Source: Candidatus Saccharimonadia bacterium (GTDB taxonomy: Bacteria > Patescibacteriota > Saccharimonadia > UBA4664). From it: 64,000 nucleotides of DNA. The DNA lies in the NCBI GenBank assembly GCA_035544015.1, contig DATKIP010000076.1, positions 128,299-192,298 of the forward strand, written 5' to 3'. The position numbers and the translations under genes are program-made. Below the pieces are notes generated by a model. That model was not told the DNA's origin and did not search any database. It was given only the letters and a program-made list of their open reading frames with translations. Every line of letters starts with the position of its first letter. The stretch's first letter is position 1. Shown one piece after another: positions 35,179 through 44,719 of this stretch.

Positions 35179-37512
35179 ATGGTGCATCCATTACTCACCG
35201 AACTCAACGACCAGCAGCGCGTCGCCGCCCAGACCACCGAGGGGCCGGTGCTCATCCTGGCCGGCGCCGGCTCAGGCAAAACCAAAGCCCTCACCCACCG
35301 CGTCGCCTACCTCGTGGCCGAAAAGCACGAGTCGCCGCAAAGCATTCTGGCCGTCACCTTCACCAACAAAGCCGCCGGCGAAATGCGCGGCCGCGTGCTC
35401 ACCCTGCTCGGCCAAAACCCCCAAAACCGCGGCTATTTCCCCTTCATCGGCACCTTCCACTCCATCTGCCTGCGCCTGCTGCGCCGCGAAGCTGTCGAAA
35501 TCGGCCTGGCCTCCAACTTCCTGGTATTCGACTCCGCCGATTCGCAATCCGCCATCAAGCGGGCCATGCGCAACCTCGGCATCGACGACAAGCAGCTCAC
35601 CCCCGGCCTCATCCACGGCCTCATTTCGTCGGCCAAAAACGAACTCATCAGCCCGGCGCAATACACCAAACTCGCCAGCGGCCGGGCCCAAGCCGCCGCC
35701 GCGCAGGTTTACCCCGCCTACCAGGCACTCCTCAAAGAAGCCGGCGCCCTCGACTTCGACGATCTCATTTACCGCACGGTCAGCATGTTCAAAGACTACC
35801 CCCCCATCCTCGCCAAATATCAGCAGCAGTTCAAATACATCCTGGTCGACGAATACCAAGACACCAACCACGCGCAGTATCAAATCACCAAACTCCTGGC
35901 CAGCGCCCACCATAATATCTGCGTTATCGGCGACGACGACCAGGCAATTTACTCCTGGCGCGGCGCCAACTTCCAAAATATTCTTGATTTCGAAAAAGAT
36001 TACCCCACCGCCACCGTCATTAAGCTCGAGCAAAATTATCGCTCCACCAAGCGCATTCTCGACGCCGCCCACGCCGTAATCGCCAAAAACCGCGTCCGCT
36101 CAGACAAAAAACTCTGGACCGATCGCGGCGACGGCGTCGGCATCGGCATCGTCAACGTCTACAACGAAATCCAAGAAGCCGAAACCATCGTGGCGCGCGT
36201 CCAAGACCTGCGCGCCTCCGAGAAGCGCGAGCTCTCCGATTTTGCTGTGCTCTACCGCACCAACGCCCAGTCGCGCTCGCTCGAAGAAGGCTTTTTGCGC
36301 GCCGGCCTACCCTACAAAATCGTCGGCGGCACGCGCTTTTACGAGCGCAAAGAAATCAAAGACGCTATCGCCTACCTGCGCTACATTTACCAGCCCGACG
36401 ACTCCGTGAGCTTCGGCCGCATCATCAACCTGCCGGCGCGAGGATTGGGCGACGTGTCGTTGCAACGTCTGGAAGCGTGGAGAAGGAGACAATTTGTAAG
36501 GCAGGCGGGTAGTGCGGAGGGAGAATCACCCGAGCACGGAGGCGCCGGTCCTGATATCGGTCCCGCCGAAGAGACGGACCGCGTTCGCCGACGCGAGGGT
36601 GATTCTCCCGCAGCAACAACCCTGAGCCTCCTCGAAGCCTGCCGCCGCGCCGACCAAGTCCCCGGCCTCCAAGCCAAAGCCGTGAATTCGCTCCAGGCCT
36701 TTGCGCTCCTCATCGACGGTCTGCGCGACGAAGCCCAAAAGCTGGCCGTAGGACCGCTACTAAACTTGGTACTAAAGCGATCAGGCTACCTCACCTTCCT
36801 CGACGACAACTCCATCCAGGCCGCCGACCGCATCGAAAACGTCAAAGAATTACTCAGTGTAGCCGAAACCTGGGGCGAACTCTCGCTCGAAGGCTTTCTC
36901 GAAGAAATCGCCCTCATCGCCGACATCGACAATTATTCCCAGGACACCAACGCCGTCACCCTCATGACGCTCCATGCCGCCAAAGGTCTCGAATTTCCCG
37001 TAGTATTCATTCCCGGCGCCGAAGAGGGGATATTCCCGCACTCGAGGGCTTTATTCGACGCCGATCAAATGGAGGAAGAGCGCCGCTTATGCTACGTCGG
37101 CATGACGCGCGCCCGCGAGCGCTTGTATCTGCTCTATGCCAACTCGCGTCTGCTCTACGGAGCCACCAACCACAATCCGCCGTCGCGCTTTTTGCTCGAA
37201 ATCCCGGCCGAGCTCCAAGACAGCGGCTCCGAGTGGGCCGGCGCCGCGCTCACCGCGGCCGCGGCCGGGCATGCCACGGGCGCCGGCAGCTGGAGCGCGC
37301 AGCCCATGTACGCCACCACCGAGGCCCAGGCCGCGACGCATCGCGAGGCCATGCTCGGCCTCGACCTCGCCCCCGGCGACCGCATCCGCCACGCCAAATT
37401 TGGCGACGGCATCGTAGCGGCCGTTTCCGGCGACGAAGTCACCGCCGCCTTCGAAGGCATCGGCACCAAGCGGCTATCGCTGAGCTTCGCCCCCATCGAG
37501 AAAATCAGCTAG
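35179..37512 (+). CDS. pcrA: ATP-dependent DNA helicase PcrA/UvrD
   Basis: Walker A GAGSGKT. UvrD motifs throughout. 777 aa. Confidence 0.9.
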   Translation: MVHPLLTELNDQQRVAAQTTEGPVLILAGAGSGKTKALTHRVAYLVAEKHESPQSILAVTFTNKAAGEMRGRVLTLLGQNPQNRGYFPFIGTFHSICLRLLRREAVEIGLASNFLVFDSADSQSAIKRAMRNLGIDDKQLTPGLIHGLISSAKNELISPAQYTKLASGRAQAAAAQVYPAYQALLKEAGALDFDDLIYRTVSMFKDYPPILAKYQQQFKYILVDEYQDTNHAQYQITKLLASAHHNICVIGDDDQAIYSWRGANFQNILDFEKDYPTATVIKLEQNYRSTKRILDAAHAVIAKNRVRSDKKLWTDRGDGVGIGIVNVYNEIQEAETIVARVQDLRASEKRELSDFAVLYRTNAQSRSLEEGFLRAGLPYKIVGGTRFYERKEIKDAIAYLRYIYQPDDSVSFGRIINLPARGLGDVSLQRLEAWRRRQFVRQAGSAEGESPEHGGAGPDIGPAEETDRVRRREGDSPAATTLSLLEACRRADQVPGLQAKAVNSLQAFALLIDGLRDEAQKLAVGPLLNLVLKRSGYLTFLDDNSIQAADRIENVKELLSVAETWGELSLEGFLEEIALIADIDNYSQDTNAVTLMTLHAAKGLEFPVVFIPGAEEGIFPHSRALFDADQMEEERRLCYVGMTRARERLYLLYANSRLLYGATNHNPPSRFLLEIPAELQDSGSEWAGAALTAAAAGHATGAGSWSAQPMYATTEAQAATHREAMLGLDLAPGDRIRHAKFGDGIVAAVSGDEVTAAFEGIGTKRLSLSFAPIEKIS

Positions 37513-37833
37513 TTCCAAAATCCTAACCGCGTGCCGAAGTCGCTTGCCCTCTTCTTGCAGCCGGACCTTTCCGTGCTCGGTGAGAGCATAAAACGCCCGT
37601 TCCTTTCCAGACTTCCCGGCCGGGCCATAAGCCTCTAATTCGATCAAGCCTTCCTCATCGAGACACGCCACCAATGGATAGAGCTGGCCATCCTTCAGAT
37701 CCACGCTTCCCAGTGAGGCTTTATGGGCAGCACTTTTAATCGAATATACATGCCGGGATTGATGAACGAGGCCTAAAAGTACGTAGAATTCGGCGGTCTT
37801 AAGCGGCTTAGGCAAATAAGAAAAAGGATACAT
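37474..37833 (-). CDS. PadR-family transcriptional regulator
   Basis: FYVLLGLV...GQLYPLVACLDEEGLIE pattern. 39-nt convergent overlap with pcrA. Confidence 0.7.
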   Translation of the reverse strand: MYPFSYLPKPLKTAEFYVLLGLVHQSRHVYSIKSAAHKASLGSVDLKDGQLYPLVACLDEEGLIELEAYGPAGKSGKERAFYALTEHGKVRLQEEGKRLRHAVRILELADFLDGGEAQR

Positions 37834-37949
37834 ATCATCCGATTTTACATAAATTTTTTATGCATACAAATTTTAAGTAAAAAGCACCTGACCACCAGCC
37901 CCATCTCGCTCGCGGGCAAAATCCCGGCTTTCGGCCTATAATAAGCACC

Positions 37950-38354
37950 ATGTCACCCGAACCCTATCAGAACCTTCTCGCCGCGGCCCAGGCCGAGCAC
38001 GATCACGGCCACTATAAAGAAGCGGTGATCCTCGCGCAAACCGCGGTCGAGATTTTTACCGAAAAGGCTCTGCGCCAGCTGTACCAAGCGCGCCGCCTCG
38101 AATATCTCAAAGCCACCTTCGAACACCTGCTCATCAATTACAACATCGGCAACACCAAGGTCTCCCAGCTCTACATCGCGCTCTCAAACGACGACATCAA
38201 GCAGGCACCGTTTTGGTCGCGGTTCATCGCCCACACCGAGCTGCGCAACGAGCTCGTGCATGAGGGCAAGGACGCTACCGAGGCTCAGTCACGCGCCTCG
38301 CTCGAAGCCGTCAAGGCCTTGATCGACCACGTCGCCGAGGCTATCGCACGATGA
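37950..38354 (+). CDS. hypothetical protein
   Basis: TATAAT 10 nt upstream of the ATG, suggesting a short or leaderless transcript. 134 aa. Confidence 0.5.
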   Translation: MSPEPYQNLLAAAQAEHDHGHYKEAVILAQTAVEIFTEKALRQLYQARRLEYLKATFEHLLINYNIGNTKVSQLYIALSNDDIKQAPFWSRFIAHTELRNELVHEGKDATEAQSRASLEAVKALIDHVAEAIAR

Positions 38355-39268
38355 AGCTGCTCGTCACCGGCGGCGCCGGCTTCATCGGCGCGCGGATCGT
38401 GACGCTGCTGCTCGAGGCCGGGCATGTGGTTGCCGTTTTCGATAACCTCTCCACCGGCAGGCGGACTGCGGTGCCCGCCGGCGCGCAGCTCGTGGAGGGC
38501 GACCTGCGCGACGTCGCCGCCATTCGCGCCGCCGTGGGGGGCCGCGACGCCGTCATTCACCTTGCTGCCCAAGCCCTCGTGCCCGAGTCCGTGGCCGAAC
38601 CCCAAAAAGCCTTCGACATCAATCTCGCCGGCGGCCAGAACCTGCTCGAGGCCATGCGTGCCGCCGGCGTCACTCGCCTGGTGTATTCCTCCACGGCCGC
38701 CGTCTACGGCACCCCCGCCAAAGTCCCGATCGCCGAAGACGACCCCAAGCTACCGATCAATCCCTATGGCGCTACCAAATACGCCTTTGAACAATTGCTC
38801 CACGCCTACCATGCCGCCTACGGGTTTAATGTCGTCATGTTTCGCTATTTCAACCCTTACGGTCCCACCGAAGCTCACGATCCCGAAACCCACGCCGTGC
38901 CCAATTTCATTCGCGCCACGCTCACCGGCCAGCCCATTCCCTTGTACTGGAACGGCGACCAAATCCGTGACTTTTTCTATGTCGACGACATCGCCCGTGC
39001 GCACGTGATGGGCCTGGGTCGCGACGGCTTCGAGATCTACAACCTCGGCTCCGGTTCCGGCGCCAAGGTGCGCGATGTCGTACAAAAAATCTTCGACCTC
39101 ACCGGCCGCACTACTACCATCAATGACCTCGGCGAACGCCCCGGCGACCCGCCGCAGCTCCTCGCCGACATTACCAAAGCTCGCCGCCAACTCGGCTGGC
39201 AGCCCCAAATCTCGCTCGACGACGGCCTCGCCCGCACCATCGCCGCCTTTCGAGAACGCACACATTAA
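38351..39268 (+). CDS. galE: UDP-glucose 4-epimerase / NAD-dependent epimerase
   Basis: Rossmann motif LLVTGGAGFIGAR. Catalytic YGATK motif. ATGA overlap with the upstream gene. Confidence 0.85.
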   Translation: MKLLVTGGAGFIGARIVTLLLEAGHVVAVFDNLSTGRRTAVPAGAQLVEGDLRDVAAIRAAVGGRDAVIHLAAQALVPESVAEPQKAFDINLAGGQNLLEAMRAAGVTRLVYSSTAAVYGTPAKVPIAEDDPKLPINPYGATKYAFEQLLHAYHAAYGFNVVMFRYFNPYGPTEAHDPETHAVPNFIRATLTGQPIPLYWNGDQIRDFFYVDDIARAHVMGLGRDGFEIYNLGSGSGAKVRDVVQKIFDLTGRTTTINDLGERPGDPPQLLADITKARRQLGWQPQISLDDGLARTIAAFRERTH

Positions 39269-39283
39269 GGTATCATTATCCCG

Positions 39284-40006
39284 ATGAAACCCACCCAACC
39301 CTACCAGCGCGTTCTCCTCAAACTCTCCGGCGAGCAATTTGCCGGCGACCGCGAGTATGGCGTCGACCCCGTATTTGTGAACCGCCTCGCCAAAGAGCTC
39401 GCCGAAACCATCGAAGCCACGCACGTGCAGCTCGCCATCATCGTCGGCGGCGGCAACATTATGCGCGGCGCCAGCGTCGCCAAATCCGGCATTGAGCGCG
39501 CCACCGGCGACTACATGGGCATGCTCGCTACGCTCATCAACGGCATGGCGCTCGTCGACATCCTCGAGGCCAACGGCGTACCGGCCCGCCTCACCACCCG
39601 CCTCCGCGCCGACCAAGTCGCCGAGCCCTTCGTGCGCCGCCGCGCCCTTCGCCATCTGGAAAAGGGGAGAGTGGTAGTTGTGGCCGGCGGCACGGGCAAC
39701 CCGTACGTCACCACCGACACCGCCGCCGTCACTACCGCTCTGGAGCTCGAGGGCGACCTTGTGCTCAAAGCCACCAAAGTCGATGGCGTCTACGACAAAG
39801 ACCCCAGCAAGCACGCCGACGCCCAGAAGCACACCGAGCTCAGCTTCGGCAAAGTCCTCACCGACCCGCACATCAACGTTATGGACAACGCCGCCATCTC
39901 GCTCGCCATGGACAACTCGCTGCCTATCGTCGTCTTCGACCTCCTCACGCACGGCAACATCCGCCGCGTCATCGAAGGCCAAAATATCGGCACCAAGGTT
40001 AGCTAA
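39284..40006 (+). CDS. pyrH: UMP kinase
   Basis: LLKLSGE and VGGGNIMRG motifs. 240 aa. Confidence 0.9.
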   Translation: MKPTQPYQRVLLKLSGEQFAGDREYGVDPVFVNRLAKELAETIEATHVQLAIIVGGGNIMRGASVAKSGIERATGDYMGMLATLINGMALVDILEANGVPARLTTRLRADQVAEPFVRRRALRHLEKGRVVVVAGGTGNPYVTTDTAAVTTALELEGDLVLKATKVDGVYDKDPSKHADAQKHTELSFGKVLTDPHINVMDNAAISLAMDNSLPIVVFDLLTHGNIRRVIEGQNIGTKVS

Positions 40007-40016
40007 TAAGCTCCGA

Positions 40017-40107
40017 AACGGGCCAATTTACGTCACCACGAACTCGTTCTCATTGCTAATTATGGGTCCGTGGTCTTGTCTGGCGTGGTGACGTAAATTG
40101 GCCCGTT
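40017..40107. repeat. palindromic element L: perfect 24-bp inverted repeat (aacgggccaatttacgtcaccacg / cgtggtgacgtaaattggcccgtt) around a 43-nt loop
   Basis: Read directly. The loop sequence is homologous, in opposite orientation, to that of element R at 40568-40659. Confidence 0.6.
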
Positions 40108-40132
40108 CCTGCGCCCTTCGTGCCTAGCATCC

Positions 40133-40190
40133 CCTAAAAACACAGCGAGCCTGCCCGAGGTGCAGCGCATGGCCGCACCTCGGGCAGGCG
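40133..40190 (-). terminator. rho-independent terminator for the minus-strand small gene (hairpin cctgcccgaggtgc...gcacctcgggcagg + TGTGTTTTTAG)
   Basis: 14-bp perfect stem. A U-tract follows on the minus strand. Confidence 0.5.
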
Positions 40191-40213
40191 TGACCCCGTC
40201 TCCCGCCGCGCCG

Positions 40214-40426
40214 CTAGCGGTGGGCGGACGGAGTGGGGGTCGGACGCGCCGGCGCGTGCGTAACCGCCGGGCGCACCGCCGGTGAGCTGGTGTCCCCGCC
40301 GTGCTGTAGCGCGAGGGCGATCCCAATGACAAGCAGGGCGAGGAAGGCAATGAGCCTGAGCCATCCTCTCCCCGAACCGTCATTCGTGCGCCTGTTGCCA
40401 CCCCCGGGAAAGAAGCTGTAATTCAC
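40214..40426 (-). CDS. 70-aa single-TM small protein
   Basis: GTG start preceded by GAGAGGAG with 6-nt spacing. A terminator lies downstream. TM helix LRLIAFLALLVIGIALAL. Confidence 0.45.
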   Translation of the reverse strand: MNYSFFPGGGNRRTNDGSGRGWLRLIAFLALLVIGIALALQHGGDTSSPAVRPAVTHAPARPTPTPSAHR

Positions 40427-40567
40427 GAACTACTCCTCTCATTCCGCTTCTGCAGCCTGCGAGTACGCTAGCCGGACCATCCGGCCGAGCAAGCGCCACT
40501 ATACACCTCCCCAGAGCCTTTTGACAACGCTCACCTAGCGCCCAGATAGTGCGCCGGCTAGAGCGGA

Positions 40568-40659
40568 GAAGAACAAACAATTACTTCACCACGCCAGACA
40601 ACACTACGCACTGCCAAGCAAAGAGGAGGAGTTCGTGCTGAAGTAATTGTTTGTTCTTC
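40568..40659. repeat. palindromic element R: perfect 21-bp inverted repeat (gaagaacaaacaattacttca / tgaagtaattgtttgttcttc) around a 50-nt loop
   Basis: Read directly. The reverse complement of its loop shares cacgaactc..ctc and ttgtctggcgtggtga with the loop of element L. Confidence 0.6.
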
Positions 40660-40767
40660 GCAGCCCCATTTGACTCCCACCAGATATCGCGGTACCATAA
40701 GCATGTTCTTAAAACCAAAAAACGAGAAATAAAAGTCCCTTCGTAGTAACGAAAGAGACGTTTTATT

Positions 40768-41979
40768 TTGCGTCACGGTATTAGCCACATTATCGCCACC
40801 TACCAGAAGCTCCGGGCCCAACCGCGTAACCTCCTGGCGATCGGCCTCCTCCTCGCGATTGTTAGCCTCGGACCTTCATCGGGCCGGCTGCCGGTAACTC
40901 CGGCAGCTGCGGCCGATTCGCAGGCCCTCATCTCGCTGTATGCCGACGGCCAGCAGCGCCTGTTTAGCGCCGACGACAAAACCGTCGGCGACGTATTGCG
41001 CCGTGCCAACCTGAAGCTTGGACCCCACGACCTCGTGGAGCCGTCCGCCGCCTCGCCGGTGCCGCATGGCCAATTCAACATCAATGTCTATCGCGCTCGC
41101 CCCGTCCTCGTCGAAGACGGCCTCCAGACCTACCGGCTCAAAAGCGCCTACCAAAGCCCCCGCCTCCTAGCTCTGGCCGCCGGGCTGGTGGTGTACCCCG
41201 AAGATCGCTTCCACACCGAAATAATCACCGATTTTGTCGATGATGGCTCGGTCGGCGAAAAAGTCACCGTCACCCGGGCCAAGCCGGTGAACGTTAAAGT
41301 CGACGGCCAGCAGCGGATTATTCGCACCCAAGCCGGCACTGCCGTCGATGCGCTCAAAGGCGCCGGCGTGGCACTGGGGGTCAACGACACCGTCTCGGTC
41401 AATCTGGCCGCCCCGGTGACCTCCGGCATGACGGTGAGTATCACGCGGGTCACTGAGGCCGTCGTCAACCTCACCCAAACCCTACCCAAGCCCGTCAAAG
41501 TCATCACCGATCCCACCGTACTCAAGGGCCAAACCAGCATCAAAGATCCCGGCGCCGACGGCCAAAAAACCGTCACCTACCGCATTCATTACCACGATGG
41601 CGTCGAAACCGTTCGCGAGGCCATCCAAACCGTTAGCCAGACCGCTCCCGTCGCCAAAGTGGTCGTGCAGGGCAGCAAGGTCTTCTTCGCCGGCTCGGTC
41701 GAATATTGGCGCTCTCAAGCTGAAGCCGCCGCCACCGCCAACGGCATCGATCCCAATATGCTGCTCCGGATCATGAACTGCGAATCGCGCGGCAACGCTA
41801 CATCGGTGAGCGCCTTCACTATCGGTGGTGAGCACCCCACCGGCCTCTTCCAATTTTTGCCCTCCACCTGGAGAGCAGCCGGCGGCACCAACGACAACAT
41901 CTTCGACGGCTCGCTTCAAATTCAGATCGCCGCCAAAAAAATGGCTCGCGAAGGCACCAAAGCCTGGCAGTGTAAGTAA
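40768..41979 (+). CDS. DUF348 (x3)-G5-transglycosylase-like secreted protein (Rpf/YabE-type cell-wall hydrolase); TTG start
   Basis: N-terminal TM helix. Repeated ubiquitin-like DUF348 units (V.V.DG....). G5-like region. C-terminal NCESRGN...GLFQFLPSTW resembles the Rpf transglycosylase-like domain. Confidence 0.7.
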   Translation: MRHGISHIIATYQKLRAQPRNLLAIGLLLAIVSLGPSSGRLPVTPAAAADSQALISLYADGQQRLFSADDKTVGDVLRRANLKLGPHDLVEPSAASPVPHGQFNINVYRARPVLVEDGLQTYRLKSAYQSPRLLALAAGLVVYPEDRFHTEIITDFVDDGSVGEKVTVTRAKPVNVKVDGQQRIIRTQAGTAVDALKGAGVALGVNDTVSVNLAAPVTSGMTVSITRVTEAVVNLTQTLPKPVKVITDPTVLKGQTSIKDPGADGQKTVTYRIHYHDGVETVREAIQTVSQTAPVAKVVVQGSKVFFAGSVEYWRSQAEAAATANGIDPNMLLRIMNCESRGNATSVSAFTIGGEHPTGLFQFLPSTWRAAGGTNDNIFDGSLQIQIAAKKMAREGTKAWQCK

Positions 41980-42013
41980 ATCCTCAACGGCGGGTCGATA
42001 GTATAGTAAAACG

Positions 42014-43183
42014 GTGAATCTGCTCGACTTCTTCATTATCTTCGTGGCTCTGGCCGCGGCCGCCCGCGGGGTAGCCTCGGGCTTCCTGCGTCAAGTCGGT
42101 TCGCTGGGAGGATTTGTGCTAGGCCTGCTGCTAGGTGCGTGGCTGACGCCGATAATGACGCAGGCGCTCCCGGCCAGCGCTGCACGGCCGGTCTTGGCGC
42201 TCATCTTTTTCTTTGCGGTGGCCTTTACGCTCAGCGGCGTGGGCGAGATCATCGGCGTGCACCTCGCCGGCCTCATGAAGCGCGTCGGCCTCGATGCCGT
42301 CGACGGCGTCCTTGGCGCCGTTCTTGGCTTTGGAGGAGCATTACTGGCCCTATGGCTGTTGGCCAGCACCTTTGCCGGTTCAGTCGGCCCAGTGCTAGCG
42401 GCCGACATCGGCAACTCCAGCATCCTGCGATTGCTCGATCGCCACCTGCCGCCCGCCCCCGAGGTCACCGCCCGCCTCGAGCACGCCATCGGTGCCTCGC
42501 GCTTCCCGCGGGTGTTTGCCGGCCTCGAGCCCACGCCGGCCCCGCCGGTCACCGGGCCAAACGCCGCCGTCGTGAACGCCGCCGCCGCCGCCGCGCACGC
42601 CGCCACTGTCAAGATCGAGGGCTCTGGCTGCGGCGGCGTACTCGAGGGCTCCGGCTTCGTGGCCGCGCCGGGCCTCGTGGCCACCAACGCGCACGTCGTC
42701 GCTGGCATTGCTCGCCCCGTGGTCACCGACGCGGCCGGACCACACGTGGCGACCGTGGTGCTGTTTGACCCCGATCTCGATTTCGCCGTGCTGCGCACCT
42801 CCGGCCTGGTCGCCGCCCCGCTGGCCATCGAGCCTACCAGCCAGCCCCGCGGCACCGTCGCTGCTGCTCTCGGCTATCCCGGCGGCGGAGGCTTTACCGC
42901 CGGCGCCGCCGCCATTCTGGGCCAGCAACCCGCCGTTGGCCGCAATATCTACGACGCCGGCCTCATCCGCCGCGACATTTACACGCTTCAGGCCATAGTG
43001 CGCCCTGGCAACTCCGGCGGTCCGCTCGTTGCCGAAGACGGCACCGTCATTGGCGTAATCTTCGCTACCTCCACCACCAATTCAAACGTCGGCTATGCCC
43101 TCACCTCCCCCGAAATCCTGCCCGATCTCGCCCGCGCCGCCCACTCCGGCGCCGTTTCCACCGGCGCTTGCGTAGCCGATTAG
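42014..43183 (+). CDS. CvpA-family membrane domain fused to trypsin-like serine protease (MarP/Rv3671c-like)
   Basis: Four N-terminal TM helices. S1 protease motifs TNAHVV, D..DFAVL and GNSGGPL. Confidence 0.75.
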   Translation: MNLLDFFIIFVALAAAARGVASGFLRQVGSLGGFVLGLLLGAWLTPIMTQALPASAARPVLALIFFFAVAFTLSGVGEIIGVHLAGLMKRVGLDAVDGVLGAVLGFGGALLALWLLASTFAGSVGPVLAADIGNSSILRLLDRHLPPAPEVTARLEHAIGASRFPRVFAGLEPTPAPPVTGPNAAVVNAAAAAAHAATVKIEGSGCGGVLEGSGFVAAPGLVATNAHVVAGIARPVVTDAAGPHVATVVLFDPDLDFAVLRTSGLVAAPLAIEPTSQPRGTVAAALGYPGGGGFTAGAAAILGQQPAVGRNIYDAGLIRRDIYTLQAIVRPGNSGGPLVAEDGTVIGVIFATSTTNSNVGYALTSPEILPDLARAAHSGAVSTGACVAD

Positions 43184-43248
43184 GGCATAGGGTATACTGG
43201 GCGGCGGGAGCAACTCGGCTTCCCGCAGCAGCTCCAGGAGGGTGTCCG

Positions 43249-43842
43249 ATGAGTCGGGCAGTTACCGCAACGCTGGCCTCAGCCGTGGTGGCTGGCCTAG
43301 CAATCAGTGCAGCCGTCGTTTGGCGGATGGGCGAAGACCACCTGCCTGATTCCGTTCTCCATCCCGACGTCCCCACCTCGTCCGCTTCCCCCAACCAGCC
43401 GCCGGTGACTCGCCCCACGCCGCATCCCGCGGCCACCGGACCCACGGAAGGACCGGCTTCCCCTGATCTTTCCCCCTCGTGGGCCCTGGTGGGGGTTACG
43501 GTCGAGCCGCACGCCGGATTCGACCGGATCGCCTTCGCCTTCACCGACGGCACTCCGGCCTATGAGGTGAAGTATGTGAGTTCCGAGGGCCTTGACTCCA
43601 GTACCTTCCTGCTCGTCACCTTCAACCCCGACGTCACGCAGGAACGCCCCGATCGACGCGATGCCGCAGGGGCGCCCGTAGGCCGTACCGACGTGGGCCT
43701 TCCCTTCCTGAAGGCCTACTTCACCGGCGCCGACGGCGTCGGCCGGGTCATATATGTACTCGGTCTGAACGGCCCGGTACCCGTGCCTTTTCGGATGGTG
43801 GCGGGCAAGAACCTACTCTACCTCAATATAGGGGGCGCATAA
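43249..43842 (+). CDS. membrane-anchored/secreted hypothetical protein
   Basis: AGGAGGG SD 8 nt upstream of the ATG at 43249. TM helix ATLASAVVAGLAISAAVVW. The ORF track extends it to 43168. Confidence 0.5.
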   Translation: MSRAVTATLASAVVAGLAISAAVVWRMGEDHLPDSVLHPDVPTSSASPNQPPVTRPTPHPAATGPTEGPASPDLSPSWALVGVTVEPHAGFDRIAFAFTDGTPAYEVKYVSSEGLDSSTFLLVTFNPDVTQERPDRRDAAGAPVGRTDVGLPFLKAYFTGADGVGRVIYVLGLNGPVPVPFRMVAGKNLLYLNIGGA

Positions 43843-43844
43843 CC

Positions 43845-44585
43845 ATGAGGATGCAGCGGATAACACTCGCCTTCGAGGTGCCCGCCGCCGCCGGCCCCGT
43901 ACTCGTCGCCCGCGCCCGTCTCCTGGCCAACCGCCTGGAAGGCAGCATTCCCGAAGCGGCAAATGCGGTCACGTTCTCCCGCGAGCTCCGGGAACTCGGG
44001 CTCGAACTCGAGCTCAATGTCCTGCTCGTCGCGGCTGGTATCGAAACCATCGATCAGCTCTGCGGCCACACCGAAGAGAGCCTCCGGGCCACCGACCTGC
44101 GGCATGCCGAGCTCCGAGAAGTCATGCGCAAACTCGCAGCCCAGGACAAAGTCCTGGCTGGCTGCCAGGTTGCACCCGACGATCTCATCGAGCTCCTCGA
44201 TCTGAGCGAGCTCTTCTACTGCGGGCTCAAGAAGAGTGGGTACCACGCGCTCAGCCAGCTGACGGTTTTCGAACCGGTCGCGATGATAGCCACCATCGGG
44301 TCGATGGCGGTCTATGTGATCGCCGCGCTCAAGCAGCTCAATCGGCCGTCCACACCGCTCAACCTCGACCGCCCGCTCACCGACCTGCGGCCACCGAGCC
44401 CCACTACGTGGGACGTGCTGACCGCCGCCGGGATCGACATCGCCGGTCGCATCGGCAACCTCACCGCCACCGGTCTCCTGGCCGCGCTGCAAACGCATCC
44501 GGACCTGGACGACACCGCCGCCAGGGAGGGGGTCGACGCCCTCCGCCAGACCCTCGACCTCTACGGCTACCACCTCCCCAACTAA
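43845..44585 (+). CDS. protein of three RpoA alpha-CTD-like helix-hairpin-helix repeats (copy 1, intact)
   Basis: LIELLDLSELFYCGLKKSGYHALSQL resembles the alpha-CTD ELLxLSVRSxNCLKRAGIxTVGxL pattern, and two further similar units are present. GGGGG SD upstream. Confidence 0.55.
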   Translation: MRMQRITLAFEVPAAAGPVLVARARLLANRLEGSIPEAANAVTFSRELRELGLELELNVLLVAAGIETIDQLCGHTEESLRATDLRHAELREVMRKLAAQDKVLAGCQVAPDDLIELLDLSELFYCGLKKSGYHALSQLTVFEPVAMIATIGSMAVYVIAALKQLNRPSTPLNLDRPLTDLRPPSPTTWDVLTAAGIDIAGRIGNLTATGLLAALQTHPDLDDTAAREGVDALRQTLDLYGYHLPN

Positions 44586-44601
44586 CGAAAGGGGAATACC
44601 C

Positions 44602-44647
44602 GGGCGGGGCGGCCACAATGGCTGCCCCGCCCCAGAGCGTTTTTATT
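44602..44647 (+). terminator. rho-independent terminator (gggcggggcggcc-acaat-ggctgccccgcccc + GCGTTTTTATTG)
   Basis: GC stem followed by a T-run, 17 nt after the copy-1 stop. Confidence 0.5.
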
Positions 44648-44719
44648 GCAAATTACAAGAATTTATTTTATAATATAGCAGGCGTATTACCCGTCCCCGA
44701 CCGAGAGAAGGGCGTACCC

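Noticed and set aside
38750-39982. Long minus-strand ORFs antisense to galE/pyrH (38750..39982), ftsA (61751..62986), GT2 (11636..12529), and the 31677 gene (31658..32701, 32112..32948)
   Set aside because: These are shadow ORFs opposite confidently identified genes, with Gly/Asp/Ala-rich low-complexity translations.
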